Assembly: GCA_002245135.1 (NCBI GenBank) | Contig: NGBS01000622.1 | Coordinates: 1 to 62,565 of the forward strand | Direction: 5' to 3' | DNA: 62,565 bases | Source of the DNA: Proteromonas lacertae | Lineage: Eukaryota | Part shown: positions 37,410-50,426 of the stretch, piece after piece | How positions within the stretch are numbered: the first letter of the stretch is position 1 | Layout: each line of letters opens with the position of its first letter | The notes under the pieces: generated by a model | The model's input: the letters and a program-made list of their open reading frames with translations, nothing else | What the model was told of the DNA's origin: nothing | Database searches by the model: none | Translations under genes and position numbers: made by a program

Positions 37410-38525
37410 ATGTTTTGCTTCTATTTGCTGTTTTTGTTGATAATAAATGTAGAATCAAATGATTTATTAACTGGTTATACTAAAAATCCTGAATATTATG
37501 AAATTGATGATAAAGCGTATATTACTGCTGCATTTCACAAGATTAAAGATAATTATTTGTTATTACATGGTATAACTAAATATAAAAAGCCTAAACTCTT
37601 TAATTGTAAAGTGGTTCAGAATAATCTAAATTATAGTTGCTCAACTGACTATAGTAAGTATAGAAAGATGGATGAGGAATTTTTTGATATTAAAGTAAAG
37701 TATGATAAAAGTATTACTCCTGAATATGTAATATTGAATGAAAAACTCATAAAAATTGCACCAAAATTGCATAACTATTATAAATACATTGTTTGTTCTC
37801 CAGTAATGTATAATTATACACAGGCAACCTTCTTAATTCAAAGAATGGAAAGCTTGAAATATTTTGGAGTGTCAAAAGTTGTTACATATTTCATAGATGC
37901 ATCAATAGAAGTTCAGAAAATATTAAGATATTATATAAAAACTAGGTTTTTAGTTTTATATAGATTTGATAAACATATCGAGTTTAATGTGTGGGGAGAT
38001 AGTTATTATGGTGAAGTATGGAAATTAAACCATTGTTTTCACAGATATCAAGAAAATGCTGAATATATATTCAATTCTGATCTTGATGAAATAGTTTGGC
38101 CATCTACAACAAGTAACTATAATGAGATGTTTAAACTATTACCAAAGAGTGATATATTCTATTTTATGAATAGAGTTCATATACTTCCTGAATATTATCG
38201 TGGGTTAAAAGATTATGATTTGTTTAATATATCAGATACATGCATAGGTAAAAGGAACTGGAATAGAAAATATGTAATAGCAAGTCCTTATAGATATAGC
38301 AACATAGAAGTCCATACCGCAGTTTATCATGATTGGTTTTTAAAAGAAACCAAAGTTGATACTAAATATGCATATATAAAACATGTAAAATTTCATAATA
38401 AATACTTAAAGGATAGATGCAAACAGCATATGCAAGTAGATAATGATGATAATTCAAAAAAGATAATAATAAAATCAAATAGAAAGAGAGAAATCATACT
38501 TAAATATAATGAAGGAGTAGTATGA
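37410..38525 (+). CDS. GT92-family glycosyltransferase
   Basis: Signal anchor; VCSPVMYN, KYFGVSKV, KILRYY, LNHCFHRY..AEYIFNSDLDEIVWP; intronless. Confidence 0.75.
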   Translation: MFCFYLLFLLIINVESNDLLTGYTKNPEYYEIDDKAYITAAFHKIKDNYLLLHGITKYKKPKLFNCKVVQNNLNYSCSTDYSKYRKMDEEFFDIKVKYDKSITPEYVILNEKLIKIAPKLHNYYKYIVCSPVMYNYTQATFLIQRMESLKYFGVSKVVTYFIDASIEVQKILRYYIKTRFLVLYRFDKHIEFNVWGDSYYGEVWKLNHCFHRYQENAEYIFNSDLDEIVWPSTTSNYNEMFKLLPKSDIFYFMNRVHILPEYYRGLKDYDLFNISDTCIGKRNWNRKYVIASPYRYSNIEVHTAVYHDWFLKETKVDTKYAYIKHVKFHNKYLKDRCKQHMQVDNDDNSKKIIIKSNRKREIILKYNEGVV

Positions 38526-39074
38526 AAAATAATAATTCTATTAAAGAGGTTTATATTTGTGATACTCGTTATCTTTAGAATTTACACTAAAGAATTCTAA
38601 TATAGAGTTCTAATATTAGTTTTGCTTAAAATAACTTTGTTTTTGATGTTGATCAGCATAAAAATAAAGAAATCAAAAAATTTGGACAAGCCAAACATTA
38701 TTCATTTCTTTATTTTACTTTTTCTATACTTTTTCTTTATATCATTTACTTTTACAGTTGAATCTAGTGATGTTTTAACTAGATACGTAAAATTAATGTA
38801 AAACTCTATGAAATAGAAAATGGCATATTTAAGTACATACAGTGATATATCATGTTTGGTTTAACTAATGAGACAATAATTATCTGTATATCTCATTTAT
38901 TTTGTCTAATTTCACAATACATGAGATTTAAATGGAAGATATGAAATATTATTTATCGATTCAACTCAGATCTTGACCATTCAGTTTGTATCTTATTATT
39001 TTTCTATAGCTATAATTGTTTATTTGTTCTCTTTTTATTATTATTATCTTCATCTCATTATAATCAATAGGATA

Positions 39075-42000
39075 ATGCAAAAAGTCTACAGTACAATTGC
39101 TCGTCAGAGTAGAAGATCAATCCAAGGAAGTTTAACACTCCGATGCTTTTCTACATGTTTAAAAGAACCATTTGCTCGTCATGAACAAGTATACTTCATT
39201 TTTTAATTGTAGTTTGTAAATCGTCACATTGGTCCAACAGACAGTGATATTAGTGAGATGTTAAAAACACTTAACTACAAATCATTAGACGATTTAACAG
39301 ATCATACTATACCAAAAGATATTCATCGTGAAGTATTTCATATTTATTTTATTTTCTATATAAATAGCCAATGAAATTACCAGAAGCAATGAGTGAAGCT
39401 GAAGTTTTAGACAACCTTACATCTTATGGACATAAAAACAAAGTAGAAAAGAGTTTCATTGGAATGGGTTTTCATGATGTTGAAGTTCCATCAGTTATCA
39501 TTCGTAACATATTAGAAAACCCAAATTGGTACACTTCTTACACTCCTTATCAAGCTGAAATATCTCAAGGTCGTTTAGAAGCATTATTAAACTTCCAAAC
39601 TGTAATTTGTGATATGACTGGTTTTGAAGTATGTAATGCCAGTTTATTAGATGAAGCTACATCAATGGCTGAAGCATTTAATGTTGCTTATGAACAGTGC
39701 AGAGGTAAAAGACAAAAGATATTCGTTAGTGATGATTGCCATCCTCAGAATATAGATGTAATTAAAACAAGAGCTGGTTTAAGAAATGTGACTGTTGAGA
39801 TTGGCAGTATTAAAGATTTCAAAATGACTGATGAATATTGTGGTTGTATAGTACAATATCCTAATACTTATGGTGATATATTTAATTATGATAAAGTTGT
39901 AGAGGATGTACATAAGCATAAAGGTTTAGTTATTGCTTCCACTGATTTATTAGCTTTGACATTGATTAAAACACCAGCTGAGTTGAATATGGATATTGCT
40001 GTAGGTACAAATCAAAGATTTGGTTTACCAATGGGATTTGGAGGACCACATATATCTTTTTTATTCTTTACTATTAATTTATTATTTTCTTTAATCCTTA
40101 TTCTCTTTTAAGCTGGTTTCTTTGCAACAAAGAAAGAATATTTAAGAAAAATGCCTGGTAGAATTGTAGGTGTAACCATTGATAGTAATGGTAATAAGTG
40201 TTTAAGATTAGCAATGCAAACACGTGAACAGCATATAAAGAGAGATAGAGCTACTAGTAATATTTGTACTGCTCAAGCTTTATTAGCAAATATGAGTTCA
40301 TTCTATGCTATTTATCATGGTCCAAAAGGATTAAAAGCAATTAGTGAAAGATTACATAATATGGCTTATAGTTTAAGTGAAGTATTGAAGAAGAGTGGAT
40401 ATAAAGTACCAACTAAAGTATTCTTTGATACATTTGTTGTTGAAGTATATATATATATATTTGTTTATTGTTATTATATATAGACTGGTAGTAAAATAAC
40501 AGCAGCTGAAGTATGTAAGAATGCTAGAGAAAGTGGAATATTATTAAGATTAATTGATGATAAGAGAGTTGGAATTAATATTGGTGAAAGTTGTACTGTT
40601 AGAGATTTAAATAAAATATTGAATGCTTTTAAATGTACATATAAGATTAATTCATATGAAGTTGATAATGAGTATATATATATATTATTATTATTATCTT
40701 TTTATTGAAATAGAATTCCAAGTGAATTCCAAAGAAAAACTTCTTATTTAACACATCCAATCTTCAACACATACCATTCAGAAACACAAATGATGAGATA
40801 TATGAACTATTTAGAAAGAAAAGATTTATCATTAACTTACTCAATGATTCCATTAGGTTCATGTACAATGAAATTAAACAGTGCAACTTCCATGTTACCA
40901 ATCACATGGCCTGAATTTACAAACATCCATCCATTTGCTCCAAGAGATAGTTGTGAAGGATATGTAGAAATGATTAATTCAATGAAACACTCGTTAGAAC
41001 AGATTACTGGTTTTGATGGCTGTTCATTCCAACCAAATTCAGGTGCAAATGGTGAATTTAGTGGTTTAGCTACAATATCGAGATATTTCAAAGATACAAA
41101 TCAATCAAAAAGAAAGATTTGTTTAATCCCAAGAAGTGCTCATGGTACTAATCCAGCTAGTTGTGTTCAAGCCGGATTTGTTCCTTGTGTTATTAACAAT
41201 ACACATGATGGAAGAATAGATGGTGAAGATTTAGAAAGACAGATTAAGAAAGCTGGTGATAATTTAGCATGTGCTATGATTACATTCCCAAGTACTTATG
41301 GTATATATGAAGATGGTATTAAGAAATACTTTGAATTAATTCATCAAGCTGGTGGTCAAGTATACATGGATGGTGCAAATATGAATGCTCAAGTTGGTAT
41401 AACTTGTCCAGGATTCATTGGTGCTGATGTTTGTCATTTGAATTTACACAAAACATTCGCTATTCCACATGGAGGAGGTGGTCCAGGTGTTGGTGCTATA
41501 TTATGTAGAAAGCATTTAGTTAAATATTTACCAAGTCATAGTGTTATTAAGATAGATGGTGGTAAATATGGAGCTGTAGCAAGTGGTCCATATGGAAGTG
41601 CATCAATCTTACCAATCACTTATACATACATGAATGGTTTAGGTGCAAGTGGATTAAAGAAAGTAACACAAGTTGCTATCTTAAATGCAAATTACATGGC
41701 TAAAAGATTAGAGAAATATTATCCAATTATGTTCAAAGGTCCAAATGGTTGTGTAGGACATGAGTTTATTATTGATATGAGTCAATTTAAGAAACATGGT
41801 ATTACTGAGAGTGATATTGCAAAGAGATTAATGGATTATGGCTTCCATGCACCAACAATGTCATTCCCAGTACATGAATCATTGATGGTTGAACCAACTG
41901 AAAGTGAATATAAAGAAGAGTTGGATAGATTCTGTGATGCTATGATTAGTATTAGACAAGAAATAGATGATGTTATTAATGGCAAATTAGATAAGATTGA

Positions 42001-42217
42001 TAATCCACTTCATAATGCTCCTCATACTCAACAAGTTGTGATTGATTCTAATTGGAAACATAAATATAGCAGAGAATTAGCTGCTTTCCCAAGTAAATTC
42101 ACTTTAAATAACAAATTGTGGCCTACTTGTGGAAGAGTTAATGATATCTATGGAGATAAGCATTTAGAAATTACTAGAAATGGATTAGGATCTGATGTTC
42201 CATTATGTTGGAAATAA
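39075..42217 (+). CDS. GLDC: Glycine dehydrogenase (decarboxylating), glycine cleavage system P protein, mitochondrial
   Basis: Presequence [81 protein letters not shown]; five introns. Confidence 0.97.
40052..40111 (+). other. Probable U12-type (minor) intron with AT-AA termini in GLDC
   Basis: Restoring the conserved GGPH|AGFFA needs removal of ATATCTTT...TTTTAA (60 nt). The 5' end resembles ATATCCTT, and a TCCTTAT branch-like motif lies at 40095-40101. Confidence 0.7.
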
Positions 42218-42329
42218 ATAGAATTTATTAAAACATATGAAGGAATTGACATTTGAATATTGTTTGTCTGTTATGATGGGGGGTAATAATAAACACACCA
42301 TAACTAATACATAAAAACAAGCTATAAAG

Positions 42330-43197
42330 TTGTTCAACAACAATCATATATCGTTTATCACATTATTTATATTTATATCATTCTCAGTAACCACAACAAA
42401 AGCATTACAGAGTAGTAATCATGAAAATGACGTAATTGTATATAAGGCTGTTGTATTATTGAGAGTGTCTCATCCAACAATTTCGCAGATAGAAAGATAC
42501 AAAGAATGGGAGAAAAGTTTAGAGAAATTCTATAAATTGGTAATTCTGCACTGATAATCCCAAATTGAATATTTCAGGTATCACCATTGAAGTAGTTACA
42601 GCTAGTGAAGTGTTGTCAAAATGGCCAACAATGAAAGAACAAGGTGGATTATGTTTTAACAAATATGATAAATTTTACTTGTGGTCCTCATCTCATGAGC
42701 ATATAGTATTATGGTCAAGAAAGACAAAGTTGAAATTTAAAAATTAATGGAATATAGAACAAGATGTAGGATACTCTGGTAATATTAACAGTTTTCTTAA
42801 AAAGTATGATGTATATAATGAAGATATTGTATCATTTCCTCATATCAAACAGAAATCAAGTATGTGGTGGATTAAATGTTATTCTAAAGAATACAACATA
42901 TGGAGAGGGAGAATATTTGATAAAAACTATCGTCATGTATGTAGCTTGTTTATATATCGTGTAAATAAAAGAGTATTGGATATAATGTATAATCAATTTC
43001 AATTAAGAAGACATACAATTAATGAAGCAGTAATCTATGAATTATCATATGCATTTAAATTTTCAGTAAAACAGATTTCAAAGAAAGATATTGGATATAA
43101 GTGTAAGTTTTATAAAAGAGTTGATTATTTGGAATGGGAAAGAATAAATAGCAATCCCAAAGATAGAAATAAAATATACCATGCATTAAAATTCTAA
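42330..43197 (+). pseudogene. Disrupted putative glycosyltransferase-like secreted protein
   Basis: Signal anchor and a WNIEQDVGYSGN motif; frameshift near 42550 and an in-frame TAA at 42745-42747 (KFKN*WNIEQDV). Confidence 0.4.
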
Positions 43198-43360
43198 CTA
43201 ATTAAAGACTTAAGCTTTTGCTTTGGTTAAATCAGTTAATGAAAGAATAACAATTCAAGCTTTAATCAAGCCAACGAAATTTTCTATATTTTTATTTTCC
43301 CATATTAATAAGAATATAAATTAAAGATTACATAATTTATTTCTATTTTTTAGTTATTAA

Positions 43361-44848
43361 ATGTTATCAATCCAGAATAACATTCAAGAACAAGATAGAA
43401 AAGAAGGTATTTTGTGTTTATTACTTTATAGATGATATAAAAGTACAAATAGATAGAATTATTGATGAGTATAAAAGTAAAGAAGGTAAAACTGCTCTTA
43501 ATCTGTGTGGTTGTATAATCACTTTGTTTACACTGTTTTATAGGTAATATGGGTAAAGAAGGAATTGATTATTTCAACACAAAAGTGTCTACTCTTGAAA
43601 ATATATATGGATTATGGCTTATTAATGATTGTTTGAAAGATGAAGGATTAGTCACATTAACAGAATCATTTAATAAAATGTCTATGTTAAAAGTACTTCT
43701 GTTAGGAAGTATATTTATTACTTACACTATATTGCATATAGATAACAAAATTACAGATGTTGGTTTAAAATCATTGATGAATCACATAATGATACTTTCG
43801 GAACTTATTTCCCTGGATTTAAGCAGTATAATGTCTGTGTTATAATATAATAGATAACTGATATAACAAATGATGGAGAAGATATTATGATAAATAACTT
43901 GTCAAAATGTGAAAAATTAGAGAAATTATTACTCTTTTGTATAATAATTATATCTATACTTTCTAGTGAATAATATCACCAATGAAATGGATCTTATAAA
44001 ATCAATTCAAGACAAGCACCCCAATAAGGAAATAGAAATAATAATCACTCTCACAGAAACAACAAATAATACTTTTAGAAATAGAGTAGTAATGGAAGAT
44101 GATTTTATATTACCTTCTACTCTATCTGGCACAAAACCAAATGAAAACCAAATGAAGAAACAAAACAAATGAAGAAACAAAACCATCTGAAGAAACAAAA
44201 CCATCTGAAGAAACAAAACCATCTGAAGAAACAAAACCAAATGAAGAAACAAAACCATATGAAGAAACAAAACCTAATGATGAAGATATAAAACCTAAGC
44301 TAAGTATAGTCATTCCAAAACTATCAGATATTAACAATCGCCAACCTAAAACTTATAAAATAACTCCTTCCAGTCCAGTTATTTTACATATTAAAACACA
44401 AATATTGAAACAAAATCCCATTATGATTATTCAGAGAAGAGCAATACCAAGAGGAGCAATACCAAGAGGATCAATACCAAGAGGAGGAGCAATACCAAGA
44501 GGATCAATGCCTAGAGGATCAATGCCAAGAGGAGAAATACCAAGAGGAGTAATGCCAAGAGGAGCAATACCAAGAGGAGTAATGCCAAGAGGATCAATGC
44601 CAAGAGGAGCAATACCAAGAGGAGCAATACCAAGAGGACAATCAGAGGAGCAATACCAAGAGGAGCAATACCAAGAGGATCAATACCAAGAGGAGGAGCA
44701 ATACCAAGAGGATCAATGCCTAGAGGATCAATGCCTAGAGGATCAATGCCAAGAGGAGTAATGCCAAGAGGACCAAGAGGAGCAATACCAAGAGGATCAA
44801 TACCAAGAGGAGTAATGCCAAGAGGAGCAATGCCAAGAGGAGAATAGA
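43361..44848 (+). CDS. RNI-like leucine-rich-repeat protein with low-complexity repeat tail
   Basis: Exons give LNLCG|NMGKEG, LLLG|NKITDVGLKSL, LDLS|N.ITNDG and similar repeats, with introns at equivalent LRR positions; followed by EETKPS and xxPRG repeats; frameshifts make the 3' end uncertain. Confidence 0.65.
44131..44280 (+). repeat. 18-nt coding tandem repeat (GAAGAAACAAAACCATCT; EETKPS/N)
   Basis: About seven imperfect copies visible directly. Confidence 0.85.
44441..44843 (+). repeat. 15-nt coding tandem repeat (GCAATACCAAGAGGA; (A/S/V)(I/M)PRG)
   Basis: More than 20 imperfect copies visible directly. Confidence 0.92.
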
Positions 44849-44966
44849 ATATCAACCTGAAATATAATCACATAAATTTAATTATATTTATTCATATAAT
44901 ATTAGCCAATAAAATTCTTTTGTTATATTATGTTTAAAAGAAAAAATAATAACAAAATAATAATAT

Positions 44967-47900
44967 TTAATTCTTTGTGTTTCTCTTACAAAAATCAACA
45001 TATTTTTCAACAGTAGGTAAGTCATGTTTATCCATTTTGTTAAAATACTCTAAAGCTTCTTTATATTGTTTCTATTTTCATTAATAATCAATTATATATA
45101 TTATACATTACCATAATAGCTAATTCCTATCTTTTTATGTGTATCACTCACATCTTTAGCTGTATTACAAAAAGGTACAGCTTCTTTCAAATACTTAATC
45201 GATGTTTCATAATTTTTCTATAAAAAAGACATGATAAAAAAATATACTATCAAGGAATATGCATTACCTAAATACATGTATATGTTTTTCATTGTATTAT
45301 CATCAAAACTGTATTTTAAACATGATTTATACGCTTCTATGCATTTATCATAACTTTTCTATTTGAAATAATATAAAATGAATAATAATACTAAACTGAA
45401 GTAATAAATATTTGCTATTTTATAATAAAAATTACCTTTATCATTACCAGATGCACATTTAACACCTAACTGATATGAATTTATTGCATCATCATATTCT
45501 TTCATATTGTTATAAGCATTTCCCATAAACATATACATCGATTTCTTTGTATCATTGTCTTTCTCATAATCAATCGCTATCTTATAATTCTTAATAGCTT
45601 CATCATACATTTTCTATATATTGAAATGAAAAGCACTATTATATACATTATTGTAGTAATTATCACCTACCATTTTATATATTCCAGCTTTTTCTACATC
45701 ACTTTTCATATAATTCAAAACATTTCTCAAACTCCTTTCAACTTCTGAATATAGTTTCAATGCTAAATAATCTTTCACAAGAGTATTATAAATTGTCTTT
45801 TTCATTTCCATATCATCTCTACTATTTCCAACATACTCTAATGTAGCTTTAAAGAATTTCACTGCTTCTTTATATTTCTTCTATATAAACACATTAACAA
45901 TTGAATATATACAAGATATTGATATATATCAGCGATTGCTTTATTCGCTTTTCTTATAAGATCATCTTCTGTAGCATACTCAATACTTGATTCATAATTA
46001 CTAATAGCAATATCATAATCATCATTCTTTAAATAAGATGCTCCTAAATTATAATAAGCTTTTGATAAATATAAGTTTATATCATTTCTCTCTTCATCTG
46101 TATCAGCATAATTTAAAGCATCTATATATTGTGATATAGCTTCTTCATAATTCTTCTATAGAATATTATATATAACAATTACTAAATACATCGGAACAAT
46201 GATAATCACCAAGTTTTGTACATATTTTCATTTTATCATTGTCACTAATATCTTGAACAAGAGCCAAACTATAATATTTCATTGCGAAATTGCATTGACC
46301 TTTATTCAGATAAATATCTCCTACAATCCTATTTAGAATGCCTTTATCTTCACTTTCTGTAACATATTTTAATGCCCATTGATTATATTTCAACGCATCA
46401 TCATATTGTTTCTAAAATATATTAATAATAAACTATACTTTATCAATATATATTTGTCCAATTCGTCTATATATTTCACCTTTCTCTTCACCTGTTGTAA
46501 CTCTTTTCAGACATTCATTATATGCATTAATAGCATCATCATATTTATTCTATTTATATAAAACATATTTGTTTTGATTAATACTCTTTTATTATATGAA
46601 TAACCTAAACACTTATATATTTCCCTTAAATCATCTTTGTCTAATTTATACTGTACAGCTATGTTATAATTATCAATTGCAGATTTATAATCATCCTATA
46701 GAATATACCAATATAGTAGATATATCAATACACTTTGATAAAAATATGTATTTCCAATTAACTTATATAAATTACCTATCATTTTTTTATCCTTTTCATA
46801 CTTTAATGCCAATTTGTAATTATCTATTGCAGATTGTACATGATTCTATATTAATAAACAAATAGATATGGATAATAATACCAATTTTCTATAGTTATTA
46901 CCAATTAAATAATATATTTCTGCTTTTGCTTCATCATGTAAATATTTTATTGCCCATAAGAAGTGTTTGTTTGATTCTGCATAATTATCCATTTTGAAGA
47001 AACAAATACCCATTTGCCTAAATAAATTACCTTTCTCTTCATCAGTACCATACTTTTTTGCCCATAAATAGTTATTATAAGCGTCATTATAACTATTCTA
47101 TTCACATTATATACATTACTAAAATATAAATAATACCAATCTGAAATAGAATATATCACCTGCTCTTCTATACATATCACATTTCATCCTATCATCATCT
47201 TTTATCAATTGTCGCAGATAATTTATAATTATTGGCAGCTTCTTTATATTTTCCCTATTAATAATATGGTTAAACACAATTATAATACAGTTTTTGACAT
47301 ACTATAAGCTAAACACATGTAACAATTACACTTTTCTTCATCTGATGATGCATTTTTTATTGCATCTAAATAATACTTCTCACAACCTTTGTATTCTTTC
47401 TATGCGAATAAATGAATAGAAATAGAGTGTTTAATACTTTTTTCGTATAATAAATATCAGCAATATTCTTATTTATAGAAAATTTCTTCTTTTTCTCAGT
47501 TGATAATTTCAATGCTTGTTCATAATACTTAATTGATTCATTATAATTGTTTTGAGTTTTATAAATATAACCAAGACTCTCATATAATATTCTTTTAATA
47601 TGATCATTTGTTTCATATTTCAATGATTCAATGTAATAGTTCATTGATTCTTTACTATTCTTTAATCCTCTGAAATAACAGTCAGCTATTGCTTCATTAC
47701 ATTCAGCTTTCTCTTCATTACGACTTGCAATATTCAAAGCATTCTTAAAACTCTCAATTGCCTAATAATAATAAATATAAAGTATAAATATATATGTATA
47801 AAATACATCTTTGTGGTTCTTTTCATTTTTAAGTCTAACTCCTTCATTATACATTTGATTGTAACTAGTATCTTTTTCATTATGGTTAACACGATCTCTT

Positions 47901-49108
47901 ACAGAAGATGGAAGTGAAAATACTGAATCAGATTCATCAGACATTGGTGATTCAACTACAACTTTCTTTCCTGATGCAATATGTCTTGAAAATGTTGGAG
48001 CTGGAGAATCAGTAATGGTTGGATCATTCATTTCATATAATTGAGACTCATTAATTCCACCTTTAATATTCAATGATATATGTTTTGAATTATCATTAAA
48101 TCTAACTGGTGCTGGAGTAGATGGTCCTGATGTTGGTAAAAATATAATATCATCTGAATTAGTTGATTTAAATGACGATGGAAGTTGAAATGAATCATTC
48201 AGTGTAGGAATATTTGGTATTTGTGATGGATCTATTTCTACTTTGGGAAATATATTTTTTCTTAATTCTATTTATAATTAATTAATATGTTAATATACCA
48301 TTCAATTCTTCTATTAATTGATTTATATTAATTCTCTTATTCTCATCAATTGCCAATAGTTTCTTTATCAATGGATTAACATAATCTGAGTATTTCCACT
48401 TAATATTACCATATCTACCTTGTATTATACTTTTCTTCATTTCTTCCATGGATTTACTAGTAAATGGATGTTTTCCTGATATTAAATAATACAATACACA
48501 ACCTACATTCCATAAATCACTATATTTACCTACTTTACGATCAGATAAAGATTCTGGGGTTAAATATTGTATATCTTCCACTGTCTTTTGTATTACTGAT
48601 TCTTTTCCTGAATATAAGATGTTTATAGAGTAATCATTGAGGAAGATTGTGTTTTCTTCATTAATGAAGATATTAGATGGTTTTATATTTCCATGCATCA
48701 TATCACGAGAGTGTAAATGTGACAAACATTCACATAGTTGTTCCATAATATAGTCTACTCCAATATCCTTAAAATAACTTACAGGATTAACAGATTGGAT
48801 GTTCAGATTACATTTAGGCATAACAATTATAATATGCTTATCTGTTTTAAATGCTTTTTCGTACTTCAATATCTTTGGACGCTTAATTGTTGTAATCTTG
48901 TTTATTTCCGATAAAAACTTTATAACACTTTCTGGATTAAACATACTAATAGGATAAGCTTTTAAAATTTTTATTGATTTTGTTTTATTGACAGTTACTT
49001 CATAAACTGTACTTTCCGTTTTTTCTTTTACTGTACTTTCAATCTAATGTAATAAATATAAGCTAAAAATACATTATAAAGCTTAGTAATATCAGCTATG
49101 TCTGTCAT
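44967..49108 (-). CDS. Protein kinase-like (probable pseudokinase) N-terminal domain plus a long TPR array, many introns
   Basis: Kinase fold: HLHSRDMMHGNIKPSNIF, LNDYS, YLTPE, SDLWNVGCVLYYLISGKHPF. Downstream exons are TPR helices (LGYIY...YNESIKYYEQAL; MGNAYNNMKEYDDAINSY). ATG 49108, TAA 44967. Confidence 0.75.
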
Positions 49109-49819
49109 TTTACATTACATAAATTCTAAAATGAAAATCATCTCAAACTTCCGGCTTGAATAGAAAATTACCTTTTCGGTTTATATGCATAATCGTTATT
49201 TGTAATTGTAATACACACTCATTAAATTATATATTTAGCTTATCAATGGCTATAAATTCATTATACATTTTTTAAATAAATAATATTAAGTTGCGAAAGA
49301 GAATCTTAATATCATGAAACAAATATTGTATAATTTCTACAAATTATATAGATAATATTATTGTTAATATTATTTTATGTTGTTTTTGAGAAGAATTTTT
49401 TTAACCAAAACTTTTGAATGACCAGATTAAAAAATATGTATTTTCATGTTCTATTATCATGTTACATGTTGAAAAAAATATCAATAAACTTTTATAACAA
49501 TAGATTTACGTGGTCGTATTGTTAGAAAGAATCTCACAAATCAGAGTGTATTTTTTACTATAGATTGATATTATGCTGTATAGATTAAGAAGAGTTCTGT
49601 TAAAATGCAACCATAGAATTAATCACAAGTATCTATGCTATTAACGACTAATAGTTTAATATTTTTATATTTAATGGATACTCACACCAATTATGTATCT
49701 ATTTATGAGGAAAAAATGCCTTTTTTATTTTATTCTTTTTCCAGTAACAGACTATTCCAAAAACACAATATCAGCCACAGTTTATTAATGTTGGATAATA
49801 TATCAAAATATGACAGTTA

Positions 49820-50426
49820 TTAAATGGAAGAGTCTTCAGTTGATATATCAGGCAAAAAGCTGTAGTCTATTGTGGTTGAGTGTGTTTCTCCCTTTCCATT
49901 TATATTTCCAGAGGTTTCTTCAGGTTCATACGTAAATGTTATTCTTTTTGTACGTTTTCTCGCTTCTTTGTGAAGTCTAAGTTCATCCATTAAAGAATCA
50001 GATCCAGGAAGTGGTGGATTGTTTGTTACATTTTCCTTATACTCTAGAGAATGTAGAGCTGCATCTTTTCGTTTGCATTTTGACAAGAATTCCAGGTTGT
50101 TTTTTCTCAAAAAGGGGTGATGAATGATTAACGTATACAATCCTTTTTTATATCTTCTAACCCTGATTATATTTTTTATTACTATATAAATATAAATATA
50201 TACCCCCACTTGTTACACATTTTGATGTAAGAAGCGTAAGTTTTCCAGAATCGAGGTATAATTGCTTTGTAAAATGATTGCTTGTCTCTGACTATTAGAA
50301 TATCTTGCTTCAAATGAAAAATTTCGTGTATACTTTCAAATTCCATTTAATATATTTCCTAGTAGATTCATCTGTTGTTAACATGTAGATTTTTGTAAGC
50401 AAATTCTTAGCAACTACTTGATTCAT
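49820..50426 (-). CDS. Divergent HSF-type DNA-binding protein
   Basis: Spliced LLTKIYMLTTD....IKWN, F.KAIIPRFWKT.ASYIKMCNKWG and HHPFLRKNNLEFLSKCKRK follow the HSF DNA-binding-domain layout; two introns and one apparent frameshift. Confidence 0.65.

Noticed and set aside
44131..44843. Tandem repeats as a CRISPR array or telomeric/satellite DNA
   Set aside because: There are no unique spacers, the units are multiples of three within a coding region, and the context is eukaryotic.
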